Source: a virus (lineage: Duplodnaviria; Heunggongvirae; Uroviricota; Caudoviricetes). From it: a stretch of 64,000 nt of DNA. The position numbers and the translations under genes are program-made. The notes under the pieces were generated by a model that worked only from the letters and a program-made list of their open reading frames with translations, had not been told where the DNA came from and searched no databases. Below are positions 27,813 to 38,967 of the stretch, one piece after another (the first letter of the stretch is position 1; every line of letters starts with the position of its first letter). The DNA is taken from positions 69,975 to 133,974 of IMG/VR virus record IMGVR_UViG_3300032330_001609. One strand, written 5' to 3'.

Positions 27813-30800
27813 TGAGTTGTTTTTTAAATGTGGTAAAAAGTTTTACCGGAGATTGTACCAATACTAATTCGGGAGTAATTAATGTTGATATATTTGGTAG
27901 TGCTCCGGATTATACTATACAATGGATTGAACCTGCTTCACTTGGAACAATTGCTTTAGGACCTGGTGTTACGGGATATACAGAAACAGGGTTATCAGGT
28001 GGTACGTATACATTTAATGTTATTGATACTTGTTCACCAACAAGTACTATTTTCCCTATTAGTGTTTATATATCTACAGGTACTTGTGTTAGTATTTCAT
28101 CAACTCAAGATACAACTTGTAATTTTGATAATGGTTCATTAACTGCGACAACTCAAAATGTTTATAATGGTAACGCTGAATTTTATTTATATCACAATAC
28201 GTTAGGATATCAAACAAGTGGTGCTAGTTATACTAATAGTTACTTTTTTGATAATTTATCTGCGGGGACTTATTATGTAATAGCAAATGACGGTGGTGGA
28301 TGTACAGGTAAATCTGAAACTTGTATAGTTAAACCATCAACAGAAATGACTTTTGGATTTTTTGTTGTTAATAATGCGGGATGTACCGGTAATACGGGTA
28401 AACTGTATATAACAGGATTAACCGGTAATGCACCATACACTTATTTATGGTCAAATGGTTCAACAGATGACCATATAGTTGATTTAGCCTCAGGTAATTA
28501 TTCGGTTCAAGTTACGGATAGTTCGGGATGTATAATAACAAAAACAACAAACGTATTAGATGTACCTCAATTGGGTATTGTTTCATTTAGTGTTGAAAAT
28601 CCTGATTGTTTTGTAAATAATGGTTCTGTTACTGTTTATACTTCGGGAGGAACATTACCATTTTATTATTCAGGTTCAAATGGATACAGTGTTGTGACTT
28701 ATGATACTGAATTTACATTTAATAATTTAGGTTCAGGTTTATTTTCGGTATTAATTACCGACGCTGCTTTATGTAGTGCAAATGGTTCCACATCATTAAT
28801 GATACCACAAGGTTTTTCAATTGTTAATATTGGTATCCAAAATTCAATTTGTAATAATTTTAGTGGGGCTTTAAATCCAATAACTATTTTTGGACCAAGT
28901 CAACCTTATAATTATACCTTAACCTATCCTGACGGAATTACAAGTGATTCCATTACTGTAAACAGTACTAGTTGGTCGTTTAATGGGTTATCTTCGGGTA
29001 CATATACTCTAACTATATCGGGTGGTACTTGTGTTTATACAAATGAATATACAATTGTAAATGAAGTATTGTATGATTTAACAGTTACTCCGGTTGGAAC
29101 TAGTTGTAATGGTTCTAATGGTTCTGTAACATTATCGGTTAATGGTGGTGTTGGTCCATATCTTTATACAATATCGACAAGACCATCAATAACAAGTTCG
29201 GACACTAGTGTAACATTTAATAATTTACCATCGGGTAGTTATACCGCAACAACTGTTGATAATGGTAGTAATTGTACTCAAAGTCAAGTATTCTTTATTA
29301 ACGCGTCTGAGACGGTCGATTTTAGTTTGGTTGGTACTGATGCTATTACAGGTTCAAATGGTATGGTAGAATCGTTTATAACGAGTGGTACACCACCATT
29401 TACTTATTTATGGAGTAATGGTCAAACAACACCGAATATTACCGGATTAAATGCTGGTGATTATACTTTAACAATAACTGATGTTAATAGTTGTGTAAAA
29501 CAAAGAACAGTTACCATTTATGGGTATGATAAACTTTCATCATATCAAACATATACTATCTGTGATGATACATTTGTAGATGGGGGTAATTTAGTTAAAG
29601 GTATTAAACAAATGTATGTTGAAGGATTCTTTGACTCAACGGCGGATGATTTCAATTGTGTTTTAGATTCTGCGACATTTATTGCCCAAGTTACTGTTGG
29701 TGACAATACTATTTCTTTACCATTTTATTCATCAAATAGTTTAACAGATTATCCATCTGACAATGACTGGTTAGAATTTGTTAAATTAATACTTCAGGGT
29801 TATCCAAATATCGGTAACGTTATTATTGATTATGTTAATAATACAATAACTATTAATACTAATTGTGACCCCGAATCGTTATTTAATACAAGTGTTGTTG
29901 TTAGATTGAAAATTGAATATGTTATTTCTTGTGAGAAATGTAATCTTTCTTGTGATATTGATTATACTCAACCACCAACAGAGTTCTGTCCGGGTAATTT
30001 AATTACTAATCCAACATTTGATACTAATTTAGATAGTTGGGGTCAAACCATACCTAATGATTGGGTTTGGTCTTCTTTATATGGTGGATGTGCTCAATAT
30101 TCTAATTCTGATGAATTAGGTAGACTTTATCAAAATATTTTGACTGTAGGTGAAACATATGAAATTAGTTTTACATTATATAATATGGATAGTTCCGTGT
30201 TTAGTCAAATTGAAGTATATGCCGGTGATACGGTTTCATCAGTAATAACAACCAATGGTTTTAATACTGTGACATTATTATGTACGGGTAATAATAGTCT
30301 CTCAATTAAACCATTTTTCCAATCAGGTATAATTCCTGATTACAGTTTCTATATTGATGACATTTGTGTTGTGTTAGTAAATCCGTGTCCAAATTGTGTT
30401 ACTCAAGATGTAATAATTGGGACACAAACGTGGACAAAATGTAATTTGGACGTAACAACTTATAGTAATGGTGACCCAATTCCTGAAGTTACTGACCCAT
30501 CAGCTTGGAGTGCTTTAACCACAGGTGCTTGGTGTTATAATAACAATGACTCTGCTAATGGGCCTATTTATGGAAAATTATACAATTGGGCAGCTGTAAC
30601 GGACCCAAGAGGATTAGCACCCGTTGGTTATCATATCCCTAGTAATACTGAATGGACTACTCTTACAACATTTTTAGGAGGAATAGGTTCGGCAGGTGGT
30701 GCGATGAAAGAATCGGGGTTCTGTCATTGGAATGCTCCTAATACAGATGCCACAAATAGTTCTGGTTTTTCAGGTCTTAATGGAGGACTTCGTAACTACG

Positions 30801-30967
30801 ATGGTACATTCTATCCTAATGATGATTTTGGTTATTGGTGGAGTACAACAGAAAATAATCCATCACTTGTTTGGTATCGTGGTCTAAATGATAGTAATGG
30901 TACTGTTTATGTATCTGATGTTTTTAAGAAAAGTGGTTTATCAGTTCGTTGTATAAAAAATGTGTAG
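27812..30967 (+). CDS. Tail fibre/adhesin: SprB repeats, CBM-like module, C-terminal Fib_succ_major (FISUMP) domain
   Basis: Repeats such as GNAPYTYLWSNGSTDDHIVDLASGNYSVQVTDSSGC and GTPPFTYLWSNGQTTPNITGLNAGDYTLTITDVNSC; NLITNPTFD...W...YIDDICV; IGTQTWTKCNLDV...YGKLYNW...GYHIPSNTEW...GLSVRCIK. Confidence 0.8.
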   Translation: MSCFLNVVKSFTGDCTNTNSGVINVDIFGSAPDYTIQWIEPASLGTIALGPGVTGYTETGLSGGTYTFNVIDTCSPTSTIFPISVYISTGTCVSISSTQDTTCNFDNGSLTATTQNVYNGNAEFYLYHNTLGYQTSGASYTNSYFFDNLSAGTYYVIANDGGGCTGKSETCIVKPSTEMTFGFFVVNNAGCTGNTGKLYITGLTGNAPYTYLWSNGSTDDHIVDLASGNYSVQVTDSSGCIITKTTNVLDVPQLGIVSFSVENPDCFVNNGSVTVYTSGGTLPFYYSGSNGYSVVTYDTEFTFNNLGSGLFSVLITDAALCSANGSTSLMIPQGFSIVNIGIQNSICNNFSGALNPITIFGPSQPYNYTLTYPDGITSDSITVNSTSWSFNGLSSGTYTLTISGGTCVYTNEYTIVNEVLYDLTVTPVGTSCNGSNGSVTLSVNGGVGPYLYTISTRPSITSSDTSVTFNNLPSGSYTATTVDNGSNCTQSQVFFINASETVDFSLVGTDAITGSNGMVESFITSGTPPFTYLWSNGQTTPNITGLNAGDYTLTITDVNSCVKQRTVTIYGYDKLSSYQTYTICDDTFVDGGNLVKGIKQMYVEGFFDSTADDFNCVLDSATFIAQVTVGDNTISLPFYSSNSLTDYPSDNDWLEFVKLILQGYPNIGNVIIDYVNNTITINTNCDPESLFNTSVVVRLKIEYVISCEKCNLSCDIDYTQPPTEFCPGNLITNPTFDTNLDSWGQTIPNDWVWSSLYGGCAQYSNSDELGRLYQNILTVGETYEISFTLYNMDSSVFSQIEVYAGDTVSSVITTNGFNTVTLLCTGNNSLSIKPFFQSGIIPDYSFYIDDICVVLVNPCPNCVTQDVIIGTQTWTKCNLDVTTYSNGDPIPEVTDPSAWSALTTGAWCYNNNDSANGPIYGKLYNWAAVTDPRGLAPVGYHIPSNTEWTTLTTFLGGIGSAGGAMKESGFCHWNAPNTDATNSSGFSGLNGGLRNYDGTFYPNDDFGYWWSTTENNPSLVWYRGLNDSNGTVYVSDVFKKSGLSVRCIKNV

Positions 30968-31018
30968 GTATAGTAATGAATACATTGGGAATATAAAAAC
31001 AATAAATAATATAATAAT

Positions 31019-31891
31019 ATGCCAACAACAATACAAATAACAACAGATAATTACGACGGACAATCGGCGGTAATTACTTATTATCCTGATACGGGAGGAA
31101 CAATTAATTTAGGTACTCAGGTATTACCTTATGATTATAATGTGGATTATTACTATGGAACATATAGTTTATATTTTCCGGTATTTGATATAACTTGTAC
31201 ATTGGTGATTGCAAATCAAACACCAACTCCAAGTGCGACAATGACTCCAACACCTACTATAACACCTACAATGACACCAACACCAACACCAACATTACCT
31301 CAACAATATTATGTGTATCAAATATGTAATTCAAATCCATCACAATACATAGTTCAAACTCAACCCGGTTATACAATTATTTCCGGTAAAGTAATAAGAA
31401 ATGGATTTGATTATGGGTTTCCTATCGGGATTATTTATTCTTGTTGGGAATTCTTGTATGTTACCAATACTTTTCCAACATTTCCTCCCGGTACTAATGT
31501 AACGAATTATACAGGAAACTTTTTCACAATGATAAACCCTCAATCACCTTTTGATAAATGTTCAGATTGTTTATCATATGTTGAACCACCAAAACCAACA
31601 ACTTATGTCTTATTAGGACCTTATGCTTCTGATACGCTAGCGTGTGTTGCGGGTAACCAAAATGGTGTTGCGGGGTTAGGGTTTACCACTTTTAGTAATA
31701 ATAATCCTGCTATTGGTTCACAAGTTTATACTTCGTCATTATTTGGTGGTCAACAATTAGTCACAACACCCGGATGGTATTCTTATTCAGCATCATTTAC
31801 TGGTGGAGGTATTTATAATACTATTTATATTGATAATACAGGGACAATAATACAAACAGGTCAAAGTTGTATTAGTGTTATAATACCATAA
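31019..31891 (+). CDS. Fibre-associated protein with Pro-Thr linker and Cys module
   Basis: TPTPSATMTPTPTITPTMTPTPTPT linker followed by YYVYQIC...CWEF...CSDC. Confidence 0.65.
   Translation: MPTTIQITTDNYDGQSAVITYYPDTGGTINLGTQVLPYDYNVDYYYGTYSLYFPVFDITCTLVIANQTPTPSATMTPTPTITPTMTPTPTPTLPQQYYVYQICNSNPSQYIVQTQPGYTIISGKVIRNGFDYGFPIGIIYSCWEFLYVTNTFPTFPPGTNVTNYTGNFFTMINPQSPFDKCSDCLSYVEPPKPTTYVLLGPYASDTLACVAGNQNGVAGLGFTTFSNNNPAIGSQVYTSSLFGGQQLVTTPGWYSYSASFTGGGIYNTIYIDNTGTIIQTGQSCISVIIP
31220..31300 (+). repeat. Degenerate Thr-Pro codon repeat (ACACCA-type); similar tracts at ~34290-34350, 34570-34615, 37150-37195, 37775-37860, 41205-41325, 41655-41880 on the minus strand
   Basis: Visible in DNA and translation. 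Confidence 0.9.
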
Positions 31892-31919
31892 AAAAACCCA
31901 CCAAAAGGTGGGTTTTTTT
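31890..31919. terminator. Bidirectional intrinsic terminator between convergent operons
   Basis: AAAAAAACCCACC-AAAA-GGTGGGTTTTTTT perfect 13-bp stem between stops at 31891 (+) and 31920 (-). Confidence 0.92.
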
Positions 31920-32519
31920 TTACCAAATATTTTCTTGTTTCATATGACCTAAGACACAACAATAAGCGTCTGTTTGGTCGTAATTTTCTTTCTTAAGTGT
32001 GTTGTTACGAGTATATTGCCAAGTGATTTGAGGTTCTTTTTTGGCAACTAATTCCCAAATAATTTGTTTTTTATCGATGTCTTTTGGAAGACCACCAAAT
32101 AATACAAATTTACCTTTATCATTTTGTTTAACTAATTCAGGAAACGCGAACTTACGAGAATCATAAGTTGATATAAATTCCGGAACAACCTCTAACACAT
32201 CGTAAATTTCTTTAGTGATTAAAGTATTAAACCTTAAAAGAGTTTGTACTGTATATATATTGTTTGAGTTTAATAGAGGTGTTTCAATAATGACTTTGGT
32301 GATTCCTAAATCTTTATATTGTAAAAGTTTTGTTCTAAAAATTTCACTTTTAAGAAGTAACTCTTTCATTTTATTATCTTCTTTTGGTTTTGGAACCGGA
32401 GATATGTGAGTTAATTCTAATAGCTCTTTACTTTGTATGTCAAATAATGCCCAACCAATAGTTTTAGTTGAGACATCAAGCCCTAAAACTTTAGGGCTTT
32501 CTTTTAATGTCTTTTTCAT
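31920..32519 (-). CDS. RuvC-like Holliday junction resolvase
   Basis: VLGLDVSTKTIGWALFD, KVIIETP, DQTDAYC: RNase H-fold acidic tetrad. Confidence 0.8.
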   Translation of the reverse strand: MKKTLKESPKVLGLDVSTKTIGWALFDIQSKELLELTHISPVPKPKEDNKMKELLLKSEIFRTKLLQYKDLGITKVIIETPLLNSNNIYTVQTLLRFNTLITKEIYDVLEVVPEFISTYDSRKFAFPELVKQNDKGKFVLFGGLPKDIDKKQIIWELVAKKEPQITWQYTRNNTLKKENYDQTDAYCCVLGHMKQENIW

Positions 32520-32522
32520 ATA

Positions 32523-35180
32523 TTAAAAATCAAATTTTACCAAAAACTGTTGAATACCCTGTCTTTGTACAGGAGATTGTAGCTTTGATACAATCATAAG
32601 ATTCATATCAGAATCGTAAAGACCAATTTCAGAAATATATGATGGTGTGTTAACAGACCACGATGGGTTTGATGATGCTAAGAACTCGGCTTGACCAAGA
32701 TTTATCTTATATCTCATCTCATAAATAGTTGCTTGAATGTCAGTTTCTATTGAACCATAGAAGTAATATTCATCACCAAAATTTAACGTTGTACCTGTAC
32801 TACCACTAAGAGGTAAATTAAGGTCATTATAATATGGGTCATTCAAATTATAATAAGGAGCATTTTCGTAATCTAATTCACTTATTACGAAAGTATTACC
32901 GGTAATACCACTTTGAGTAATATATCCATTAATACTATTACCGCTAATTTGTGATGTAACATCAATAATTTTCCATTCCGAGGATTCCGGTCTAGTATCT
33001 CCGGTAACTCTTTGACAAATAAGTTCTAATTTTTCACCAAAAAAACCTGAAACTAAATCACAAGAATATGGGTTAGGGGATAATTCAGGTATTTGATTTA
33101 AACAAGGAAAATCACCACCAAATCTGACAGAAACGTTTTGACTTGTGTCTAAACCACAAGAGATGTCCGGACCTTGAATTCTAGTGTAATAGTTACAATG
33201 TAAAGAATTAGTAAATGAATTTTCATTTGTAAATCTATATGTTACATAAAGGTATTCTGTAGAATCCATTAGTAATCCTGTACTTGTTTCTCCATTTGAA
33301 CCGCAAGTGTTTGGTACTGTTAACCCAACTCTTGGTGCGGGTAATGTCCAATTTCTATTTGATTTATAAGACATTGCCGCAATGATTTCTTCGTCATCAA
33401 TAATAATAATTTGGTCATCAGGGAATACTTTACCAATTCTATTTGGTTTACCCAAATTATTAGGATTTGGATTAGTGTCCCATAAATGATAATATCTTAA
33501 TCCCGGATTATTCATATCCGAGTTTTTCTTTGAAGTAAGATAATGAGGTGTAAATAAATTAAGATTATCTTTACCCTCATCAAAACCTGGTGGGTCAACA
33601 TAGAATGTTTGTCCATAACAACACTCAGGGTTTTTATGCCACATTAATGTTGGGATGTGAATTCTAAAGTTTCTCGCTTCACCGGTTGAACCATCAAAAT
33701 AAGGTTCTAACGCAAATTTTTCACCATAGAAGAAATCAATACTTTGATTTGTATAGTGAATAATAGCAATTGCTTTTTGTTCTTTAGGTTGGACTGTAAT
33801 CACATCACCAAAAGAGTTATAATAAAAAACTAAACTACTGTCTGTTTGACCGCTATCTGACATATAACCAAAATATTCTTTAGCACCAATATATGATGTT
33901 GAACCAAAGTGTGAATAATCATATAATTCACCAACAAATGTTCCAGCAGGATTTTCGGTCCAAGGAATATTCATATTCCAAACTTTAACGTCAAATTGGT
34001 CGGTATCACATACAGATTCAAAATTAATTACATCTTCTTTCCAATGAGGTGTTGGTGTAATACTGTCATATAATGAAGTCATTGATGGTGGGTAAACAAT
34101 AGTTCTAGCGTAACAACAATTACAGAACATTGAGAAGTCCGGTGTTGGTCTATCTAAAGTTATTTGCGTACCACAAATATCAATAATTTTATAAGTTAAA
34201 ATTGTATAACAACTACTAACTGACATCTCACAATTTGCGGGTGCCGGTGGTGGGCAATAATATGGTTCAGTAACACATAATGTTGAAGTTGGTGTAGGTG
34301 TTGGTGGTGGGTCACAAGCAAATCCATAACTTGGAGTTGGAGTTGGTGTTACTTGGCTTGATATACAAGTAGTACAAGAAGTTTCATCACTACCATAATT
34401 ACCACCATTCCAAATTAAATTAGCACTACCTTCAATAGGATAATTCACTACATAACATTGGTTATAAATATCAGTAACAACCTCCCAACTATTATAGTTG
34501 TTAGGTAACGACATAATACCATCCGGACTTATACCATCACAATTTGTCATATAATATGTTTGATAGTATGTTGGCATTGTACTAGGTGTTGGTGTTGGAC
34601 TAGGTGTTGGAACATAACTACAATCACAATTAGTTGCACCACTACCATCAAAGAAAATAGTTATTAAATCACCAATCATTGGTAATCTAACAATATTAGT
34701 ATTACATCCTGAATAAACAACATCAATCACAGTTCCACCGGTTAATGTAGACATATCAACAATATAGTTAGAATTAATTGTGTATACATTGTTAGTGAAT
34801 GCACTCCAATTGATTGTGTCAGCTGTTGTATTACCTGTAAAAAAACCTCTCATTGCTGCGGTATTAAATACAGGTTGAACTACTGATGCTAAAAATGGAA
34901 TTCCATAAGTATTACCTGTTATTCCATCAACATAATACGGATATTTAACATATTGTTTATTATTATTTGGTACCCCTGTAGAATTTTGTGAATTAAAGTT
35001 CGGTTCCAAAATATTTGTATCAAATTGATTGTATGAGGTACCTGATAAAGTATAAGAAACTTCACTATCACCAATTTGAAAATATGAGATATTGAAAGTA
35101 CCTTGCGATATTTTTTGTCTAGCCGCGTCGGTCAATCTCGTGTTAATTAATCCTGATGTATTTTTAATAATAAAACCCAT
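32523..35180 (-). CDS. Baseplate/fibre-attachment protein with inserted PT-linked Cys module
   Basis: N-terminal LTDAARQKISQGTFNISYFQIGDSEVSY and C-terminal YISEIGLYDSDMNLMIVSKL resemble tail-collar/fibre attachment segments. Confidence 0.6.
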   Translation of the reverse strand: MGFIIKNTSGLINTRLTDAARQKISQGTFNISYFQIGDSEVSYTLSGTSYNQFDTNILEPNFNSQNSTGVPNNNKQYVKYPYYVDGITGNTYGIPFLASVVQPVFNTAAMRGFFTGNTTADTINWSAFTNNVYTINSNYIVDMSTLTGGTVIDVVYSGCNTNIVRLPMIGDLITIFFDGSGATNCDCSYVPTPSPTPTPSTMPTYYQTYYMTNCDGISPDGIMSLPNNYNSWEVVTDIYNQCYVVNYPIEGSANLIWNGGNYGSDETSCTTCISSQVTPTPTPSYGFACDPPPTPTPTSTLCVTEPYYCPPPAPANCEMSVSSCYTILTYKIIDICGTQITLDRPTPDFSMFCNCCYARTIVYPPSMTSLYDSITPTPHWKEDVINFESVCDTDQFDVKVWNMNIPWTENPAGTFVGELYDYSHFGSTSYIGAKEYFGYMSDSGQTDSSLVFYYNSFGDVITVQPKEQKAIAIIHYTNQSIDFFYGEKFALEPYFDGSTGEARNFRIHIPTLMWHKNPECCYGQTFYVDPPGFDEGKDNLNLFTPHYLTSKKNSDMNNPGLRYYHLWDTNPNPNNLGKPNRIGKVFPDDQIIIIDDEEIIAAMSYKSNRNWTLPAPRVGLTVPNTCGSNGETSTGLLMDSTEYLYVTYRFTNENSFTNSLHCNYYTRIQGPDISCGLDTSQNVSVRFGGDFPCLNQIPELSPNPYSCDLVSGFFGEKLELICQRVTGDTRPESSEWKIIDVTSQISGNSINGYITQSGITGNTFVISELDYENAPYYNLNDPYYNDLNLPLSGSTGTTLNFGDEYYFYGSIETDIQATIYEMRYKINLGQAEFLASSNPSWSVNTPSYISEIGLYDSDMNLMIVSKLQSPVQRQGIQQFLVKFDF

Positions 35181-35184
35181 AATA

Positions 35185-35191
35185 ATAAATA
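35185..35191 (-). promoter_or_regulatory. TATTTAT motif, 4 nt before ATG 35180
   Basis: Plus strand reads ATAAATA. Confidence 0.5.
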
Positions 35192-35215
35192 TTGTTTTTT
35201 TCTTTTTGTGATGTT

Positions 35216-36505
35216 TTAAGTTATGATTATATTACAGCAATCACAACCATTGATGTAAGCGTTTAATAATGAATAAGTATCGGTACTTTCACCAACGGTA
35301 CATAAATTATATTCAGATTTAGTTACACTAGTTGTTGTGTTAATTACTATACTATCAGTGTTAGTCATAGTTAATGACATCCAAGTTTCCGTTAAACCTG
35401 TTTGATATACCAATAAATCCTGACAACTCGGTGTATAATTTACTGTTGTTCCGGTTGTGTTACTACTACTATTATATGAAATTGTTGAACTATTTTTAGT
35501 TATAGTAGTGTTTGTCACTAATGATGATGTATTTTCATTTGGTGATGATTTAAAGTTATTATTATGTATTAAATCAAATGTAATTGAAACTCCATCAGGT
35601 AATGGTGGTGTTACACTAATTGTTGTTGTGTATTCTTTAGTTAATGTATATGTTGTGTTAGTTGGTGTTGTATTAGTAGTATTTAATGATACAGTGTAAG
35701 TTGTCGGTGGTACAGGGGTATTTAATGTTACTACATTACCATATACCATAGAATCTACGTCTGACACTACAATATTATAAATACCTGAACATAAATTGTT
35801 AAAGAATGGTGAATTTGAATATGTTGAACCATTATTTATTGAGTATGTATATGGAGGTGTTCCGTTTAAATTTATAGTATTAATAACAATATTTCCATCA
35901 CAACCACAATTAGGTTGATTAACACTATAAGGTAGAGTAATTCTTTTATTTGATGCTTGTGTAGTGCAAACACCTGAATAAGCGGTAACACTTCCATATA
36001 ATCCATCAATTACCCAATTAGTTAATGGTGGATATAAATTAGATGTTGATGTTATTGTTGGGCAAATGTCAAAATAACAAGACCAAGTTTGTAACTCCCA
36101 TTTACCTAATGATGTATTCCAAACAATTTGATATACTTCATCATCAGAAATCCATTTGTGTTTTCCGTTACTATCTAAACCATTTGGATTAAAATGTATA
36201 TTGTCAGTACTAACATCAGGAATAAATATATTCATACAAAAATCGTATAATTTTTCTGTTGGGTTTGCACTGAAAGTTTGTGGGTCACATTTTGGATTAT
36301 ATAAAATTATTGATGTTGTTGAATCGGGAACAATAACATTAATTCCATTTACGCTAGTAAGTTGATTTAATGTTAATCCTGTTGCGGGATTACCTGTATC
36401 ATAATTTGTCGCAGTACTACCTGAAGACACTGTATTCCAATAAATGGTGTACGGTCCTAAACTTGTTGAACTTGGTGTTAAATGTATGTTATAATATCTA
36501 CTCAT
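35216..36505 (-). CDS. Thr-rich fibre protein with an SprB-like repeat
   Basis: GNIVIN...GTPPYTYSINNGSTYSNSPFFNNLCSGIYNIVVSD; Cys pairs; terminal GCDCC. Confidence 0.65.
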   Translation of the reverse strand: MSRYYNIHLTPSSTSLGPYTIYWNTVSSGSTATNYDTGNPATGLTLNQLTSVNGINVIVPDSTTSIILYNPKCDPQTFSANPTEKLYDFCMNIFIPDVSTDNIHFNPNGLDSNGKHKWISDDEVYQIVWNTSLGKWELQTWSCYFDICPTITSTSNLYPPLTNWVIDGLYGSVTAYSGVCTTQASNKRITLPYSVNQPNCGCDGNIVINTINLNGTPPYTYSINNGSTYSNSPFFNNLCSGIYNIVVSDVDSMVYGNVVTLNTPVPPTTYTVSLNTTNTTPTNTTYTLTKEYTTTISVTPPLPDGVSITFDLIHNNNFKSSPNENTSSLVTNTTITKNSSTISYNSSSNTTGTTVNYTPSCQDLLVYQTGLTETWMSLTMTNTDSIVINTTTSVTKSEYNLCTVGESTDTYSLLNAYINGCDCCNIIIT

Positions 36506-36521
36506 TTTTTATATATTTTAA

Positions 36522-38867
36522 TTATGGTGTACAAGGGTCTACTCGATTTGTGTCAACAATACTAACAGCAACTATTTCTTGACAACCATTTTGTGCACAC
36601 CCAACAATGTAAATTTGTTCATCACCATTTTCATCAATGTATTTAACCCAATTATTTACTTCGGGGTCGTGTACTGGGTCAGGGCAATCAGGTCCCCAAC
36701 CTTCATAGTAAAATGATTGTACTACAGGGGGTGGTGGTATTGGGGTGCATAATGATTCACATTGTGATTGAGTTAATTCTCCCATACCAACGCCGACATA
36801 AGTACAAACACCACCAATACAATTCCAATCTAAACCTGTCGGAGCGGTACAACAACCACCTAAAGTAACATAAGAATTACCATTTAATGGTAATACTTGA
36901 GGTTGACCTTCAACAATAATATATAGAGATACTCCAATACCATTTGTTGTTACATCAACACAAATGTCGTTAAGATAAATTCCTGATGCGTATGGTTTTC
37001 CACCTCCTATACCATTTGTTACACAATAACAATGACCATCACAATCTAAATAAGATACGTAAACACTTCCATCATCTGACGCATCAACATCAATTTGTGA
37101 AATATAAACATTACCGTATCTACAATCGCATCTTGAAGGTATGCTAGACGGTGTTGGTGTCATAGTCGGTGTAGGTGTTGGTGTTGGTGGTGTAAATTCA
37201 GAAACAACTCCGGTAAAATTACAGTCAGTTGATGCTGTTAAAGTACAAGTTGTTGTTGCGGTAAAATCACCCCAATAATCTATTACGGTTACAGTATAAT
37301 CTCCAACCGGTACATTTTCAATTGCCGGAGCGTGATTATTATCACCAATATTACCTCCGGTCCAAGTATATTTGTAAGGAGGCGTTCCACCCGTTATTGA
37401 TACTGATACCATTCCACTATTAGGTTCGGTTTCTGTTGGTGATATTGAAACACATTCAATTTCCATTGGGAATATGGTTATAACACCACACTCGTTTCTA
37501 TACCCCATAATTTCTTGTGTTGGGGGTGGGGGACAAGGATGGTTAATTTTACATTGTTCACAACTATTATACTCATTTAACTCAATATTATTATTAAAGT
37601 CATATAATGTTACGGTATATGGTACTGATGGGACTTTTTTAACACAAAATGTGTTAGTCCCAATTGTTATTGATAAGTATGAATTATCAGGTATAAACAC
37701 ACCGTTGTAATTATAAACACCTAAATATTGACCTACGTTACAACATCTTTGAAAATAAATTGTTGTTGATGGTGATGTTGGTGTAGGAGTAATTGTTGGT
37801 GTTGGTGTTATTGTTGGTGTAGGTGTTGGAGTTTGTGTTGATGTTGGTGTTGGTGTTAATGGTTCAGGGTTACAAAAATATTCATTTTTTGTTTGACATT
37901 CTTCACACCCGTTAGGGTCAAATACAGAACCATCCCAATCTAAGTTTGCAATAGCTTCAGCCCCTTCAACAATTTTATAACAAGTATTGTCGGTTGAAGA
38001 ACCAACAACTTGGTCAACATTTAATCCGACCGGTAAATACATATATCCATCAGGTTTGTCTTCACAACAATCTGAGACTAAATATACGGTATAAGGGGTG
38101 TTAGGATTACATTCAATGTCTGAAGAACAAACCTCACCAAGTGCAACATTAAATGATGGGACTACTTCAAGACCATTTTCATAAAATATAGGTTCAGATT
38201 CAGAACACACATAATAAGTGAATGTTCCGTCAACATTAATATTAACTAATATATTTGTTAATACCTTGACTTGGTCAATGTATACGCCTTCAAAATTAGT
38301 GTAAGAAACATCTAACGATGGTGGTATATCTCCAGCATTTACTGTCCAATTATAACAATGGTTAACTATTGAACAACAACCTTCAAGTAAATTGTTATTA
38401 AGGGCATTACAACTACCACTTATTGTTCTTTTCACTATTTGACCTTCGGTTCCGTGTTTAATACAAGGAGGTTCTTCAAATGTAAAAAATGTTTGACCAC
38501 CGGTAGCTCCGGTTTGAGGGCCAACATTGATAGTTGTGGTTACAAGATAATTATTACAATTAATATAATCAACTTCAACTACTCCGGGACCTGCTTTGTA
38601 ATAAAACCCTATAAATGAATCACAATCACAAACACAACCACCTTGACAAAAACTTGATACGGATGGGCTAATTATTAAACCTTCCACCGATGCGTCAATT
38701 GGTGCTTCTAACGAACAGTAATATACAATTGTTGGACCTGTTGTTTCAGGTTGTGCAGGTGGAACCTGAACTTCATTGACCCATTGACCGGTATTACAAT
38801 CTTTATAGTTAAAATAACCATAAGAACTTGGTGAATCATTTTGTATTAAGTAGCATTGACAAGCCAT
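36522..38867 (-). CDS. Cys-rich modular fibre protein (Cys modules, PT linkers, SprB repeat)
   Basis: Many CC/CxC/CxxC motifs; TPTP tracts; GMVSVSITGGTPPYKYTW...GDYTVTVID. Confidence 0.7.
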   Translation of the reverse strand: MACQCYLIQNDSPSSYGYFNYKDCNTGQWVNEVQVPPAQPETTGPTIVYYCSLEAPIDASVEGLIISPSVSSFCQGGCVCDCDSFIGFYYKAGPGVVEVDYINCNNYLVTTTINVGPQTGATGGQTFFTFEEPPCIKHGTEGQIVKRTISGSCNALNNNLLEGCCSIVNHCYNWTVNAGDIPPSLDVSYTNFEGVYIDQVKVLTNILVNINVDGTFTYYVCSESEPIFYENGLEVVPSFNVALGEVCSSDIECNPNTPYTVYLVSDCCEDKPDGYMYLPVGLNVDQVVGSSTDNTCYKIVEGAEAIANLDWDGSVFDPNGCEECQTKNEYFCNPEPLTPTPTSTQTPTPTPTITPTPTITPTPTSPSTTIYFQRCCNVGQYLGVYNYNGVFIPDNSYLSITIGTNTFCVKKVPSVPYTVTLYDFNNNIELNEYNSCEQCKINHPCPPPPTQEIMGYRNECGVITIFPMEIECVSISPTETEPNSGMVSVSITGGTPPYKYTWTGGNIGDNNHAPAIENVPVGDYTVTVIDYWGDFTATTTCTLTASTDCNFTGVVSEFTPPTPTPTPTMTPTPSSIPSRCDCRYGNVYISQIDVDASDDGSVYVSYLDCDGHCYCVTNGIGGGKPYASGIYLNDICVDVTTNGIGVSLYIIVEGQPQVLPLNGNSYVTLGGCCTAPTGLDWNCIGGVCTYVGVGMGELTQSQCESLCTPIPPPPVVQSFYYEGWGPDCPDPVHDPEVNNWVKYIDENGDEQIYIVGCAQNGCQEIVAVSIVDTNRVDPCTP

Positions 38868-38884
38868 TAGTTTTTCTTTTTACT

Positions 38885-38891
38885 ATAAATA
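38885..38891 (-). promoter_or_regulatory. TATTTAT motif
   Basis: Upstream of minus-strand ATG 38867. Confidence 0.5.
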
Positions 38892-38967
38892 ATCAAAAAT
38901 TTGATTTTTTTATTTTTTATTATAAATATAATTCACAAACATCTTTAATAAATGGTGAGTGAGATGA

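Noticed and set aside
11334-31891. Bacterial contractile injection system (eCIS/T6SS) rather than phage
   Set aside because: Baseplate genes are interleaved with phage-type SSB, helicase, primase, RNR, resolvase and sigma genes; no host housekeeping context
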